Shown: positions 1 through 9,202 of the stretch, in pieces
Layout: each line of letters begins with the position of its first letter
Numbering within the stretch: position 1 is the first letter of the stretch
IMG/VR virus record: IMGVR_UViG_3300002091_000047
Coordinates: 1 to 46,324 of that record
Length of the DNA stretch: 46,324 nucleotides
Reading direction: 5' to 3' (one strand)
Source of the DNA: a virus
Lineage: Duplodnaviria > Caudoviricetes
Position numbers and translations under genes: made by a program
The notes under the pieces: model-generated
Database searches by the model: none
What the model was told of the DNA's origin: nothing
The model's input: only the letters and a program-made list of their open reading frames with translations

Positions 1-71
1 TAATGATAGGATTCGAACCTATATCCTCCCGGCCTTACGCCGGTCGCACGTCCAATTGTGCTTCAAAATCC
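1..71 (-). tRNA. degenerate tRNA-like sequence, 3' end cut by window edge
   Basis: Minus strand shows D arm GCAC/GTGC, arm CCGG-CGTAAGG-CCGG and T arm ATAGG-TTCGAAT-CCTAT; acceptor pairing is poor and U33 is absent. Confidence 0.45.
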
Positions 72-143
72 ATATTTCTTCAGGAGAGACCCCCAAGGGA
101 TAACCATAACGGAATTACCCTTAGCTCACTCTCCGTCTTCTTG

Positions 144-214
144 CACAACGCCAAGGACTCGAACCCTGAACTTTGAGGTTGGAACTCAAAATGATACCAT
201 TTCACCAACGATGT
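144..214 (-). tRNA. tRNA-Trp(CCA)
   Basis: ACATCGT/GCGTTGT acceptor (one mismatch), TTGAG-TTCCAAC-CTCAA anticodon arm, CAGGG-TTCGAGT-CCTTG T arm. Confidence 0.85.
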
Positions 215-377
215 ATATAACAACATAATCATTTGTAATCCTCCGCCGAGGACTCCCCTACTTTTTCACACAACCCGGATGCCTCCAAATCTAATTTTCT
301 ATTTTACCCCTATTAGGAAACGCGTTTTCCGTTCGGCAGTTCAAGCCCATTTTCGTGAGTTAAACAATTATGTTATT

Positions 378-473
378 TGTAGTCAGGAGAGGAATCGAAC
401 CTCTCTACAGGGAGCTACCCGTCATCCGTGACCTTCCATCGGACTCGAACCGACCTTGTATCCAACCTGACTA
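378..473 (-). ncRNA. tRNA-like RNA with acceptor-type stem and two T-loop hairpins, no anticodon arm
   Basis: TAGTCAGG/CCTGACTA stem; TCGG-TTCGAGT-CCGA and AGAGG-TTCGATT-CCTCT hairpins. Confidence 0.6.
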
Positions 474-627
474 TTTTGGTATCCACATTCTTATCCCGTT
501 TACAAGTCTTACGTTGTAAAAATTGCGGTAAGTATGGATACCGGTTAAAAACCCCCGGACTGACCTCTTCATCCTTGTCTGTACGTGTTATCCGGCCGTG
601 ATTACGTAGCGAGGGTTTTAATCTTTA

Positions 628-728
628 TATTTCCAAACAAAACCTCCCGACGTTTTTGTTTTACCTCTAGCACATTGATTTATAGCCTTATAACCCAATC
701 CACATTCAATAGAGGCGACATTAGCGTT
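628..728 (-). repeat. 101-bp exact inverted copy of 46224-46324, encoding a NUMOD1-like motif
   Basis: Base-by-base reverse-complement identity; translates NANVASIECGLGYKAINQCARGKTKTSGGFVWK. Confidence 0.95.
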
Positions 729-1458
729 TTAAAATTTCTTTAGTATAGTACTCATCAAATCCTTCCATCATATTATCTATTGATTTTCCTTTATCTAAAC
801 CGATGACGTTATCTATTAGCCCGTAATTTAACGCCTCCGAACTATTAAACCATTTATCATTTCTTGACGATTCCAACATTTCTTCAAATGTTTTACCACA
901 ATTCTCGGCTAAAATTTTAAATAACATATAGTTATATTTCTCAGCTTCCATTTGATTAATTCTTGTTGCTTGTACATTGCCCTGATTTCCGTGTGAAACA
1001 AAATGTGTCATAACCTTAGAAAAAATTAATGAATTTCTCTTACCTTTAGCTCCGGAAGATAATAAAATAGACCCCATTGACGCACACATCCCAAGATTAG
1101 TTGTTGCAACATCAGGTTTAATATAATTCATAACATCTCTTATACCAAGACCACTTAAAACTGACCCACCACCGGTGTTAAGGTAAAGATTGATGTCTTT
1201 TTTATCGGTTGTTTCAAGAAAAATTAATTGTGCTTGAATAATATCACCCATTCTATCATCTACTGGACCTGACGCCCAAATAATTCTATCGAGAAGTAAT
1301 CTCGAAAAAATATCCATTTGAGTTGCTCTCATTTCTCGTTCTTCCAAAATATATGGTGTTAATGAATTTTCCATATGTTTTTGGTAGTTATGTAAATCAA
1401 GTCCCGAGATATTACTTTCGCTCATCGCGAACTTTTTAAAATCGTTTCCGTAATTCAT
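721..1458 (-). CDS. clpP: ATP-dependent Clp protease proteolytic subunit
   Basis: MDIFSRLLLDRII, YLNTGGGSV, GMCASMGS (catalytic Ser), VMTH, RNDKWFNSSEALNYGLID. Confidence 0.95.
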   Translation of the reverse strand: MNYGNDFKKFAMSESNISGLDLHNYQKHMENSLTPYILEEREMRATQMDIFSRLLLDRIIWASGPVDDRMGDIIQAQLIFLETTDKKDINLYLNTGGGSVLSGLGIRDVMNYIKPDVATTNLGMCASMGSILLSSGAKGKRNSLIFSKVMTHFVSHGNQGNVQATRINQMEAEKYNYMLFKILAENCGKTFEEMLESSRNDKWFNSSEALNYGLIDNVIGLDKGKSIDNMMEGFDEYYTKEILKR

Positions 1459-1682
1459 TATGCTGTTTGTTTGGTTGGAACTAATGTTAATGCTTTTGCA
1501 ACGGCAGCATCTTTGGATTTTAATCCTTTCTCAACAAGTTTTCCGTTTTTATAGATTCGGAAATCATAAGTCATTGAATATCCGTGTTTTTTTGTTGTGT
1601 CCGGTTTTTTTGTTGCCAATACATAAATGTCGTTAAGACCCACTTTAACAACATACTTCCCTTTTGAACTTGGTTTTCCCAT
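1458..1682 (-). CDS. small basic hypothetical protein
   Basis: ATG at 1682 preferred because the TTG at 1715 lies inside a promoter box; stop overlaps the clpP start. Confidence 0.7.
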   Translation of the reverse strand: MGKPSSKGKYVVKVGLNDIYVLATKKPDTTKKHGYSMTYDFRIYKNGKLVEKGLKSKDAAVAKALTLVPTKQTA

Positions 1683-1712
1683 TTTTAAATGTTTTAGATT
1701 ATTAATATTGGA

Positions 1713-1720
1713 CAAAGATA
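1713..1720 (-). promoter_or_regulatory. Bacteroidota sigmaA -7 box (TATCTTTG)
   Basis: Matches TAnnTTTG upstream of the 1682/clpP/tRNA unit. Confidence 0.65.
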
Positions 1721-1781
1721 TACAAAAAATGTTATTACAACAACTTTTAATTAAAAATATTTTTATTATACTTGTGGTATT

Positions 1782-2015
1782 ATGGAGCAGAAAAAATTTG
1801 AAAAGATATTACATTCATTATATCCCGACCTTGAGGTTATGGACTACGCCTTGTTTGAGAGGTATGACGTTGGTGAGGATGGTCAATTTGAGAATAAAAT
1901 GACTTCGGCGATTTTTGTTACGGTTAAAGGTGAGTTTCAAAGCACCGGTGTTAGTATTGGTGAAGATATTAGTCGTATGGCGAATATTGAGGTTGTTGTG
2001 GATAAATTTGAATAA
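1782..2015 (+). CDS. hypothetical protein
   Basis: 77-aa ORF abutting the next gene. Confidence 0.75.
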   Translation: MEQKKFEKILHSLYPDLEVMDYALFERYDVGEDGQFENKMTSAIFVTVKGEFQSTGVSIGEDISRMANIEVVVDKFE

Positions 2016-2435
2016 ATGGAGAAGAAACCGGATTTAGTTGTTTGGAGTGAAAAGGATGGTTACGACGCAAAATTAAAGTCGTATCCAACAAGTGCCGGAG
2101 GTCAAGGTTTTGACTTACCTAATGTCCCTTTATTTAGAGAACAATCATCAAAAAAGATGATGGATGTCTTCAACAGGGAACATCAAGAGATAAAAGAACG
2201 GATTAAAAAGATGTATGATGAGTATAATACTTCTATTATGGTGTGGGAATCTAAAATTTCTTTTGAGCCGATAGTTGGAAAGTCATATTTTTTATATAAC
2301 TTTGCTGAAGAATTAACATTATCACTTATCGCACCCAATGAATGGGGTAGAGGAAATGATTTTGTTGGTGAGTATTTATTAAATTCTGATAACAAATGGA
2401 TAACAAAAAATCTTGCAAAGAATGTCCCTGGATAG
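2016..2435 (+). CDS. DUF2452-like protein
   Basis: ISFEPIVGKSYFLY...LSLIAPNEW pattern. Confidence 0.65.
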   Translation: MEKKPDLVVWSEKDGYDAKLKSYPTSAGGQGFDLPNVPLFREQSSKKMMDVFNREHQEIKERIKKMYDEYNTSIMVWESKISFEPIVGKSYFLYNFAEELTLSLIAPNEWGRGNDFVGEYLLNSDNKWITKNLAKNVPG

Positions 2436-2617
2436 TTAGGAATCACTTTAACGATATGATTATCGGACATTCAATGAAACACGACAAGTCCCACAATTGT
2501 CATATGATACCACCGGAAAAAAGAGGTGGTCTGTGGGAAACAAAAGAAGAAACTAAATGTATTGGTAGAAAACAATTTGAAAAACAACAAGAATATGAAA
2601 GCAACATTATCGTATAA
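2396..2617 (+). CDS. small Cys/His (Zn-binding) protein
   Basis: CKECPW, HNCH and a later Cys. Confidence 0.65.
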   Translation: MDNKKSCKECPWIVRNHFNDMIIGHSMKHDKSHNCHMIPPEKRGGLWETKEETKCIGRKQFEKQQEYESNIIV

Positions 2618-2846
2618 CTTAAACGACCCCGATGACAGAATGGCTCACTTGAGAGCGGTTAAATCTATGGATATGGCATCCGCATTATTTGACATAACAA
2701 GAAATTTAAGAAAGAAAATTCAAAACAGATATGAAGATATTGATAACACACATAACGATGTGTTTGACGGGATTGATGCTGTTTTTGATGAAATTTACAA
2801 CATTTTAGAGGACAATAACATAGATATAGACGAATTAATCAATTAA
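2595..2846 (+). CDS. hypothetical acidic phage protein
   Basis: ATG at 2595 (MKATLSYNLNDPDDRMAHLRAVKS). Confidence 0.75.
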   Translation: MKATLSYNLNDPDDRMAHLRAVKSMDMASALFDITRNLRKKIQNRYEDIDNTHNDVFDGIDAVFDEIYNILEDNNIDIDELIN

Positions 2847-2849
2847 ATT

Positions 2850-3308
2850 ATGAAAAAGTTACTATTATTATTAGGGTTAGGATTATTATTAGGGTCTTGT
2901 TCAGTTCCCCCTCAATACGAAGGGCCGATTGACAACACCGGGCCAATTATTGTAACTCCTCCACCATCTAATGGTGGAACAATCACAACTCAATCATTGG
3001 TTGGGCAAACTTGGCGTATATTTTATTACCGAGTTGGGCCGATGGGTCAAGTTATGACAATTAACGATACTTTAGTGTTCTTAACCTCATCAACTTACAC
3101 TTACAACGGGTATCAAACCACGTATCACTTAACGGCAACGGGTTCGGGTTATAATTTAAGTTTATATGAAACGCCTTGGGGTAATTTGAGTGGTTCAATA
3201 TTATCTAACAACATTGTAAATGGAACCATATTGGGAACCAAGTTCGTGGACATCTCGGTTGGGTCATCAAACACCACAGAATATTACTTGTGGATGAACA
3301 AAATATAA
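2850..3308 (+). CDS. lipoprotein, lipocalin-like
   Basis: Signal peptide with lipobox LLGSC; LVGQTWRI motif. Confidence 0.7.
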   Translation: MKKLLLLLGLGLLLGSCSVPPQYEGPIDNTGPIIVTPPPSNGGTITTQSLVGQTWRIFYYRVGPMGQVMTINDTLVFLTSSTYTYNGYQTTYHLTATGSGYNLSLYETPWGNLSGSILSNNIVNGTILGTKFVDISVGSSNTTEYYLWMNKI

Positions 3309-3310
3309 GG

Positions 3311-3338
3311 ATGTCTCCGACATTAATGTCGGGGACAT
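3311..3338. repeat. 28-bp near-perfect palindrome
   Basis: ATGTCTCCGACAT-TA-ATGTCGGGGACAT, one mismatch, no U-tract. Confidence 0.85.
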
Positions 3339-3355
3339 ATTAAAAAAAGAATAAA

Positions 3356-3988
3356 ATGGATAAGTTATTTGAAAAGTTTATGACCACCTCTGAAGGTGAC
3401 CCCGATTTAATTTGGAATAAATGGCAATTTATTGATAAATTATTGTTTGACGATGAGTTCTACCAAATGTGGGGTGAGAATTGTTGTGAGGAGTTGACTT
3501 ACAAAGAAAGATATAAATTATGGTTCACCAATAACTATGAAACCGGAATGGAATATAATTTAGATATTGAACCTGATTTTGAAAATGATTATTATGAACC
3601 AACACCAAAAAGAAAAATAAAAGAAATGGAATTAAGTGTAATGGAAAGGTATGTTGCATTCATTTGTAGTGAACTACCAAAAACTAGAAGAGTATTATTA
3701 AATCCACCACCTCCAATGGAAAACGGAGAGTATGGGTATAAGAGAATGAGTAAAATCGGTCCTCACGTTTATATGCCTGTAGAAATTGAGATTGTTGAGA
3801 CATATACTCGTTCAGCTAAGTTGTGTGTTAAATTTGAGGATTATCAAATGAACGATATATTCTATATGTCTCGTCATAAAGGACCGGATAAACTATTGGA
3901 GGAAATTGATAAGAAAATTGACAAGATTGTTAATAGAACATTGGTTGATGACGGAAGACAAGAGTGGGTTAGAGAACAAATAATATGA
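3356..3988 (+). CDS. hypothetical protein
   Basis: 210-aa ORF within an operon-like run. Confidence 0.7.
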   Translation: MDKLFEKFMTTSEGDPDLIWNKWQFIDKLLFDDEFYQMWGENCCEELTYKERYKLWFTNNYETGMEYNLDIEPDFENDYYEPTPKRKIKEMELSVMERYVAFICSELPKTRRVLLNPPPPMENGEYGYKRMSKIGPHVYMPVEIEIVETYTRSAKLCVKFEDYQMNDIFYMSRHKGPDKLLEEIDKKIDKIVNRTLVDDGRQEWVREQII

Positions 3989-4251
3989 AAAGTCCATTAA
4001 CCGGAAAAGAAATGAAACTAATGTCGGAACCATCCACATTAAATTACAGAGGAAAACAATACAATGTGAATCACCACTTCTACCTATGTGAATTAACAAA
4101 CGAACAATTCACAACAACAGAATTAGATGAACAAAATTTGCAAGAACTAAACAAACAAGTTAAACTTAATTTTTTAGACCAATTTGAGGCAACTGAAGGA
4201 AAAATTAACATAACTACCTTATACGAAGGTAAAGACAAACAAACAATATGA
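3985..4251 (+). CDS. stand-alone YgiT/MqsA-type zinc-finger-like protein
   Basis: MKSPLTGKEM...HFYLCELTNEQFTTTELDE resembles the N-terminus of Bacteroidota MqsA-family antitoxins. Confidence 0.55.
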   Translation: MKSPLTGKEMKLMSEPSTLNYRGKQYNVNHHFYLCELTNEQFTTTELDEQNLQELNKQVKLNFLDQFEATEGKINITTLYEGKDKQTI

Positions 4252-4433
4252 ACGAAGCAACAGAATTTGAGATTTTAAGAAGCTTACACACCCTATGGTT
4301 AAGAGGTGGTATTACATCCACAGCGGTTTCAATATTATTAAAAAATCAATGTGGAATTATTTTAACCTCATTAACCGAAACAGAAATCAATGGAGAATCA
4401 ACAGACGGAACAACAAAATACCGAATCGGGTAA
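4248..4433 (+). CDS. hypothetical protein
   Basis: 61-aa ORF with ATGA overlap. Confidence 0.6.
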   Translation: MNEATEFEILRSLHTLWLRGGITSTAVSILLKNQCGIILTSLTETEINGESTDGTTKYRIG

Positions 4434-4758
4434 ACACGATTACTTTAAAAAGAATAAAGTAAAAATTAAAAAAATCGTAAAAGAGTATGAAACCGCCTCA
4501 AACAAAGAAGTTTGGGAAGGTGTAAGAGATAATTTTACTTTTGGGTTCTTAGGAGCTACCTTAGTGGTTTTTATTGCAACACGAACAGATATCGATGTTT
4601 TAATGGGGTATATAATATATTACTTCTATATGGGTAAGATTGTTAACAGACCAAAATACGTAACTGACTTGGGTAAGTTAATTGTATTCCCAATACCGTC
4701 GGCGTTAGGAGCTTTTGCCGGATATAAATTAAGTTATGTTCTATTACATTTAATATAA
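4390..4758 (+). CDS. membrane protein
   Basis: About three hydrophobic segments. Confidence 0.7.
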   Translation: MENQQTEQQNTESGKHDYFKKNKVKIKKIVKEYETASNKEVWEGVRDNFTFGFLGATLVVFIATRTDIDVLMGYIIYYFYMGKIVNRPKYVTDLGKLIVFPIPSALGAFAGYKLSYVLLHLI

Positions 4759-4759
4759 A

Positions 4760-4783
4760 AAAAACCGACTTGATGTCGGTTTT
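4760..4783. terminator. bidirectional intrinsic terminator
   Basis: AAAACCGAC-TTGAT-GTCGGTTTT between convergent genes. Confidence 0.75.
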
Positions 4784-4789
4784 GTTGTT

Positions 4790-5527
4790 TTATGCGATAC
4801 CTGTTTTTTGTTGATATTGTTTAATATCACCAACAGTTAATGGGGTGTTTCGGTCTCTACCTAATGTTCTATTAAATATAGGGTTTTGACTCGCAATTTT
4901 TTCTGCTGACATACCTTTAGTTTGTAATACGTAATCATCAGATTTTCCAGCCGCTGCCGGAAAAAAGTTATAAATTTGTAAATCGCCGCATTCTTTAATT
5001 TTACCTTGATTTTTACCACCAACCCAAAAATTTTCAATTGCTTCCATTTGAAGACCTAAATCATTCCTTAATTGTGATAAATCGTATTGTTTACCATTAA
5101 TTGTTTTGTTATTACCTCCTTTTGAATCCGGACAAAATTGAACTAATCCAACGCAACCAATACTATTTTTAACTGAAGGGTCTAATTTAGATTCGTGATT
5201 CATAACTTTAATTATGCAATCTTCACTAATCCCTATTTTTTTAGATATTTCAGATAATTTACTCTTAAATGTTGGGTTAGATAAAAGTGTATTACCTTTT
5301 GCCGTTATTTTTGAAAGAGATGATGAATCCGATGTATTTGTACTTGTTGATGTGTTTGTACTTGTTAATGGGTTATCAAATTTTGGCCCACCTGGTTGAT
5401 TAAATTGTTGTTTGATATAATTGTTAGCAGCATTTAATGCGATGTCCATAACACCTTGTTCTGAGATATTATATAATTTTTTAATATTAATTTTTTCGTC
5501 TTCAGTTATAATAAATCTTTTTGACAT
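4790..5527 (-). CDS. lytic transglycosylase (SLT-like), probably virion-associated
   Basis: VMNHES...DPSVKN...CVGLVQF motifs; N-terminal IITEDE motif. Confidence 0.75.
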   Translation of the reverse strand: MSKRFIITEDEKINIKKLYNISEQGVMDIALNAANNYIKQQFNQPGGPKFDNPLTSTNTSTSTNTSDSSSLSKITAKGNTLLSNPTFKSKLSEISKKIGISEDCIIKVMNHESKLDPSVKNSIGCVGLVQFCPDSKGGNNKTINGKQYDLSQLRNDLGLQMEAIENFWVGGKNQGKIKECGDLQIYNFFPAAAGKSDDYVLQTKGMSAEKIASQNPIFNRTLGRDRNTPLTVGDIKQYQQKTGIA

Positions 5528-5576
5528 AATAATTGTTTATATATAAATACTAACAAATTTTAATATATTTATAAAT

Positions 5577-5966
5577 ATGAAAATTACTATTAAACATAAA
5601 GATTCTGATATTCCAAAAGAAAACTATGGGTTCTTTAATAATTTTATAAAATACCTACAAAAAGAATATCCTTTAAAAAATGACATCACAGTTGTTTTTT
5701 TTGGTAAAAGAACCGGTGGTATGACAACAGGGTCTAGAACTGATAATAATGAATTACATATATTATCTAAAGGTCGAATGAATCGAGATATATTGAGAAC
5801 TTTATCTCACGAATGGTATCACGAATATGATAGAACAATTTTAAAAAACCCTAAAGGGGCTGATATTGGAAGTAAAAGTGAAAATGACGCCAATTCTGAA
5901 GCCGGTTCTGTAATTAAAAAATATGAAAAGTCCCACCCAAAGGATGTAAAAAATATGTATAAATAA
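5577..5966 (+). CDS. zincin-like metallopeptidase
   Basis: DILRTLSHEWYH followed by ENDANSEAG. Confidence 0.7.
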   Translation: MKITIKHKDSDIPKENYGFFNNFIKYLQKEYPLKNDITVVFFGKRTGGMTTGSRTDNNELHILSKGRMNRDILRTLSHEWYHEYDRTILKNPKGADIGSKSENDANSEAGSVIKKYEKSHPKDVKNMYK

Positions 5967-5990
5967 AAAAAGGGACTAACGTCCCTTTTT
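5966..5990. terminator. bidirectional intrinsic terminator
   Basis: AAAAAGGGAC-TAAC-GTCCCTTTTT. Confidence 0.8.
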
Positions 5991-5993
5991 AAA

Positions 5994-6422
5994 TTATTCA
6001 GAAATTTCTATAACTTCTAAATCAAAAATTAACTTTTTACCAGCTAATGGATGATTAGCGTCTAAAGTAACCGTTTCCTCATTTACGGCAGTCACTTTTA
6101 CATTAACAGGTCCCTGTGGTCCCATACCCTGTAAAGTTTCCCCTTCTTGAACACCTTCAGGAACGTTTGCTCTTGGAACTTCATTAATAAATTCGGGTCT
6201 TGGTTCTCCGTAAGAATCTTCAACAGAAAGTTCTATTGTTTTTTTCTCACCTTCATTCATATCAATTAATCCGGTTTCAAATCCTTTAATTAATTGACCT
6301 TCGCCTAATTGAACTTCTAGTGGTTCACGACCTTCAGTTAATGATGTGTCGAAAATTGTTCCATCCTCTAATTTACCTGTGTAATGTACTTTTACTTTAC
6401 TTGTTGTTTCTACTTTTTTCAT
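5994..6422 (-). CDS. FKBP-type peptidyl-prolyl isomerase (SlyD/SlpA-like, no His tail)
   Basis: VHYTGKLEDGTIFDTS, GQLIKGFE, DANHPLAGKKLIF. Confidence 0.92.
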   Translation of the reverse strand: MKKVETTSKVKVHYTGKLEDGTIFDTSLTEGREPLEVQLGEGQLIKGFETGLIDMNEGEKKTIELSVEDSYGEPRPEFINEVPRANVPEGVQEGETLQGMGPQGPVNVKVTAVNEETVTLDANHPLAGKKLIFDLEVIEISE

Positions 6423-6544
6423 AAAATTAAATGTTTTTGATAATAGTAATATAAATAAAAATAAAAATCAAACCTTATTGATTAAAAAACAAATTTTCAC
6501 TATAATTATAATTATAAATTAATCCCAAAAACCTTTATCATAAT

Positions 6545-6739
6545 ATGTCAAACGAAGAACACGTTGAGGAAATGTACTATTTTGCCCACATTTCAGGAGT
6601 ATTCAAAGAATTCTCAAATGAAGTAACTAAAATTAGAAATAATGACCCAAAAAGAAATTTTTCTGAGGTCGTTCAAAACGTGTTTGAAGAATTTGTGTCG
6701 GAAGGATTAATCCATTCTGATGTTCATCTATTTATTTAA
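6545..6739 (+). CDS. hypothetical protein
   Basis: 64-aa ORF. Confidence 0.6.
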   Translation: MSNEEHVEEMYYFAHISGVFKEFSNEVTKIRNNDPKRNFSEVVQNVFEEFVSEGLIHSDVHLFI

Positions 6740-7001
6740 GGTCAATTGATGATGTGAGGTTAATATTTTCTTTATAACCCATATATTTCCAACTTTCAAT
6801 CACTAAATGATTTAATCCGTCCGGAAAAGATTCTTTACATAATTCAGGGTCAGTTGTAAGTAATTTACAATCAACTGTGAAACATTTATTATTGGTTGAA
6901 TATCTGATAAAATTAACAACAATCACGCTATCCACACCAAATAGTAGATTAAGGTCGTCTCTTAAGATGTTATTGATAAAAAATTCAAACGCTTTCTTCA
7001 T
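6732..7001 (-). CDS. hypothetical protein
   Basis: ATG at 7001 (MKKAFEFF). Confidence 0.65.
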   Translation of the reverse strand: MKKAFEFFINNILRDDLNLLFGVDSVIVVNFIRYSTNNKCFTVDCKLLTTDPELCKESFPDGLNHLVIESWKYMGYKENINLTSSIDLK

Positions 7002-7088
7002 ATTATTAAATATAGGTGAAAAAACCGGTATTTTCAATTGAGTATTTGATTTAAACAGAATCATTTATTATTATTAAAGAAAAAAATT

Positions 7089-7328
7089 ATGTATTTAAGT
7101 ATTATTTTAACAATTTTTGTGGTTTTACAGATAACCACGTTAGTTTTACTCTATAAATGGTGGGGTAAGTACGGAAGAACCTTATTTAAAACTTTTACTC
7201 AAATGAAAGGGATGTCACCAGGTGGGTTCAATCCTACTCAAATGCCGGATATGAGTAAAATGCCGGATATGGGTCAAATGATGAAACAACTTCAATCTAT
7301 GTCTAAAAATATGGGTAAATTAAAATAA
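7089..7328 (+). CDS. small membrane protein with Met-rich tail
   Basis: N-terminal TM; repeated MPDM (AAATGCCGGATATG twice). Confidence 0.7.
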   Translation: MYLSIILTIFVVLQITTLVLLYKWWGKYGRTLFKTFTQMKGMSPGGFNPTQMPDMSKMPDMGQMMKQLQSMSKNMGKLK

Positions 7329-7540
7329 TGGACGTTTATCAAATTCACCAAGAGTTCAACTGGGTAAATAAAGTGCTATTTTCATCCAAAACAGAAAAAC
7401 ACATTGAGGGGTGTATTAACCTATTCAATAATTTTATGAACAAATGGCGTTTTGAAATGACCGAAGACCTAAAAATCACATTTAACAGAGATTTTAATGA
7501 AAATTGTTTGTCTCAGACGGAAAAAGTATTATCTTTGTAA
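7328..7540 (+). CDS. hypothetical protein
   Basis: 70-aa ORF with TAATG coupling. Confidence 0.65.
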   Translation: MDVYQIHQEFNWVNKVLFSSKTEKHIEGCINLFNNFMNKWRFEMTEDLKITFNRDFNENCLSQTEKVLSL

Positions 7541-7553
7541 AAAAATATTAGAA

Positions 7554-8201
7554 ATGGAACCAGAAAAAGACATATTCGACGAATGGGCGGACAAGAGAGA
7601 AAAAGAATCGTGGATTATGAGAAAATTACGATTTATTCCATTGTGGTGGAATCACGATGGTCAATATTACCATAAATACATCAAAATGGGTGTAAAGAAC
7701 CTAATTTATTGGTTTCCAATCATATGGAAAGACCGAAATTGGGATAGTCATTACATCTTTGAGATAATGAAACACAAATTATCAGGACAAGCGGATTATA
7801 TTGGTCGTAGAGATTTTCACACACGAGCGCAAGAAGACGCTAAAAGAATGAGATTGTGTGTAAAGTTGATGGGGTTAGTTCAAGATGAGTTTTATTCTTC
7901 AGAATACTCTGATTATCACAAAACAAAACATTGGTTTGAGGATATTGATGAAAAACTGGGTTATTCTTCTTGGGAATCACGATTATTAGAAGAAAATTTT
8001 GATGATTACTTCAAAAAATATCCACTAATCTACAAAAGAGTATTAAATGGTGAAGGTATATTTCCGTTAGGAGACCACGATAACGTTAGTACCGATAAAA
8101 AACAAAGAATCGCAATGAATATCGGTTACATAAATCACGATAGAGCAAGAAAATTGTTATTCAAAATAATGGAGTCGGAAATAGAAAAATGGTGGGATTG
8201 A
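7554..8201 (+). CDS. hypothetical phage protein
   Basis: ATG at 7554; WFPIIWKDRNWD and a C-terminal WWD. Confidence 0.75.
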   Translation: MEPEKDIFDEWADKREKESWIMRKLRFIPLWWNHDGQYYHKYIKMGVKNLIYWFPIIWKDRNWDSHYIFEIMKHKLSGQADYIGRRDFHTRAQEDAKRMRLCVKLMGLVQDEFYSSEYSDYHKTKHWFEDIDEKLGYSSWESRLLEENFDDYFKKYPLIYKRVLNGEGIFPLGDHDNVSTDKKQRIAMNIGYINHDRARKLLFKIMESEIEKWWD

Positions 8202-8249
8202 GCGAACTTTTTTAATTAAACCACCACCTTTCAATGTATTTAAACTATA

Positions 8250-8405
8250 ATGGGTATTAAATTAATTTTAACAATAATAATTGGGTTATCACTCTCTTTA
8301 GTCATAATTCTATGGGTTTCAGGAATTGATTATATGAAAAGAAATCATCCGGATTATAATGGTGATGATATGCTAGACGAAGAAGAAGACGATGAAAATG
8401 ATTGA
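8250..8405 (+). CDS. small membrane protein (51 aa, not in ORF track)
   Basis: MGIKLILTIIIGLSLSLVIILWVSGIDYMKRNHPDY followed by an acidic tail. Confidence 0.65.
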   Translation: MGIKLILTIIIGLSLSLVIILWVSGIDYMKRNHPDYNGDDMLDEEEDDEND

Positions 8406-8469
8406 AGAAACAAAAGGACATTCAACAAGACATAAGGCAAAAGAATGGCCTCTAAAAAATAAAGAAATT

Positions 8470-9171
8470 ATGGGAAAAATTAGATTGACGTTGATTTCTG
8501 ATACTCACAACAAGCACAAACAAATAACTACCGATTTACCTGGTGGAGATTTACTAGTCCATAGTGGGGATATATCGTCTATGGGTTACGAACACGAAAT
8601 CAGAGAGTTCTGTAAGTGGTTTAATAACATAGAAGGTTACACTCATAAGGTATTCATCTCCGGAAATCACGATTGGGGTTTCCAAGATAATGTTGAGAAG
8701 GTAAAAGAAATATTAGATTTCTACTCCGGAATCACATATCTTCAAGATAGTGAATTGGTTATCAAAGTTGGTGATGAAAGAGAAGTTAAAATCTACGGTA
8801 GTCCTTGGCAGCCTTGGTTCCACGATTGGGCGTTTAATCTTCCTAAAAATGGTATTGAGTTGGCCGCTAAATGGGAAGGAATACCTGATGATTGTGATAT
8901 ACTTTTGACTCACGGACCAGCGTTCGGAATCTTAGATACCGTTGATGGTAGAAGACACGATAATTTGGGATGTGAGTTATTGGCTGAAAGATTAGTGGGA
9001 ATGAATGTTAAAATTCATAACTGTGGTCACTTGCATACCGGTTACGGTTACGTTAGAAAAGGGGACACACATCACTTTAATTCTGCGGTTTTAGATGAAA
9101 GATACGTCTACACTCAAAAACCAATGACTGTTGATTGGAATCCGGAAACAAACGAAGTAGAGTTTATATAA
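8470..9171 (+). CDS. calcineurin-like metallophosphoesterase
   Basis: ISDTH, HSGD, GNHD, LTHGP, GHLH motifs. Confidence 0.92.
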   Translation: MGKIRLTLISDTHNKHKQITTDLPGGDLLVHSGDISSMGYEHEIREFCKWFNNIEGYTHKVFISGNHDWGFQDNVEKVKEILDFYSGITYLQDSELVIKVGDEREVKIYGSPWQPWFHDWAFNLPKNGIELAAKWEGIPDDCDILLTHGPAFGILDTVDGRRHDNLGCELLAERLVGMNVKIHNCGHLHTGYGYVRKGDTHHFNSAVLDERYVYTQKPMTVDWNPETNEVEFI

Positions 9172-9202
9172 TAAAAACCCCACCGTTAAGTGAGGTTATT
9201 TA

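Noticed and set aside
222-620. tmRNA or RNase P RNA
   Set aside because: No tag reading frame with an Ala-type acceptor end and no RNase P P4 consensus recognised
628-728. Terminal inverted repeats of a transposon spanning the window
   Set aside because: No transposase is present, and the repeat is a protein-coding NUMOD1-like fragment
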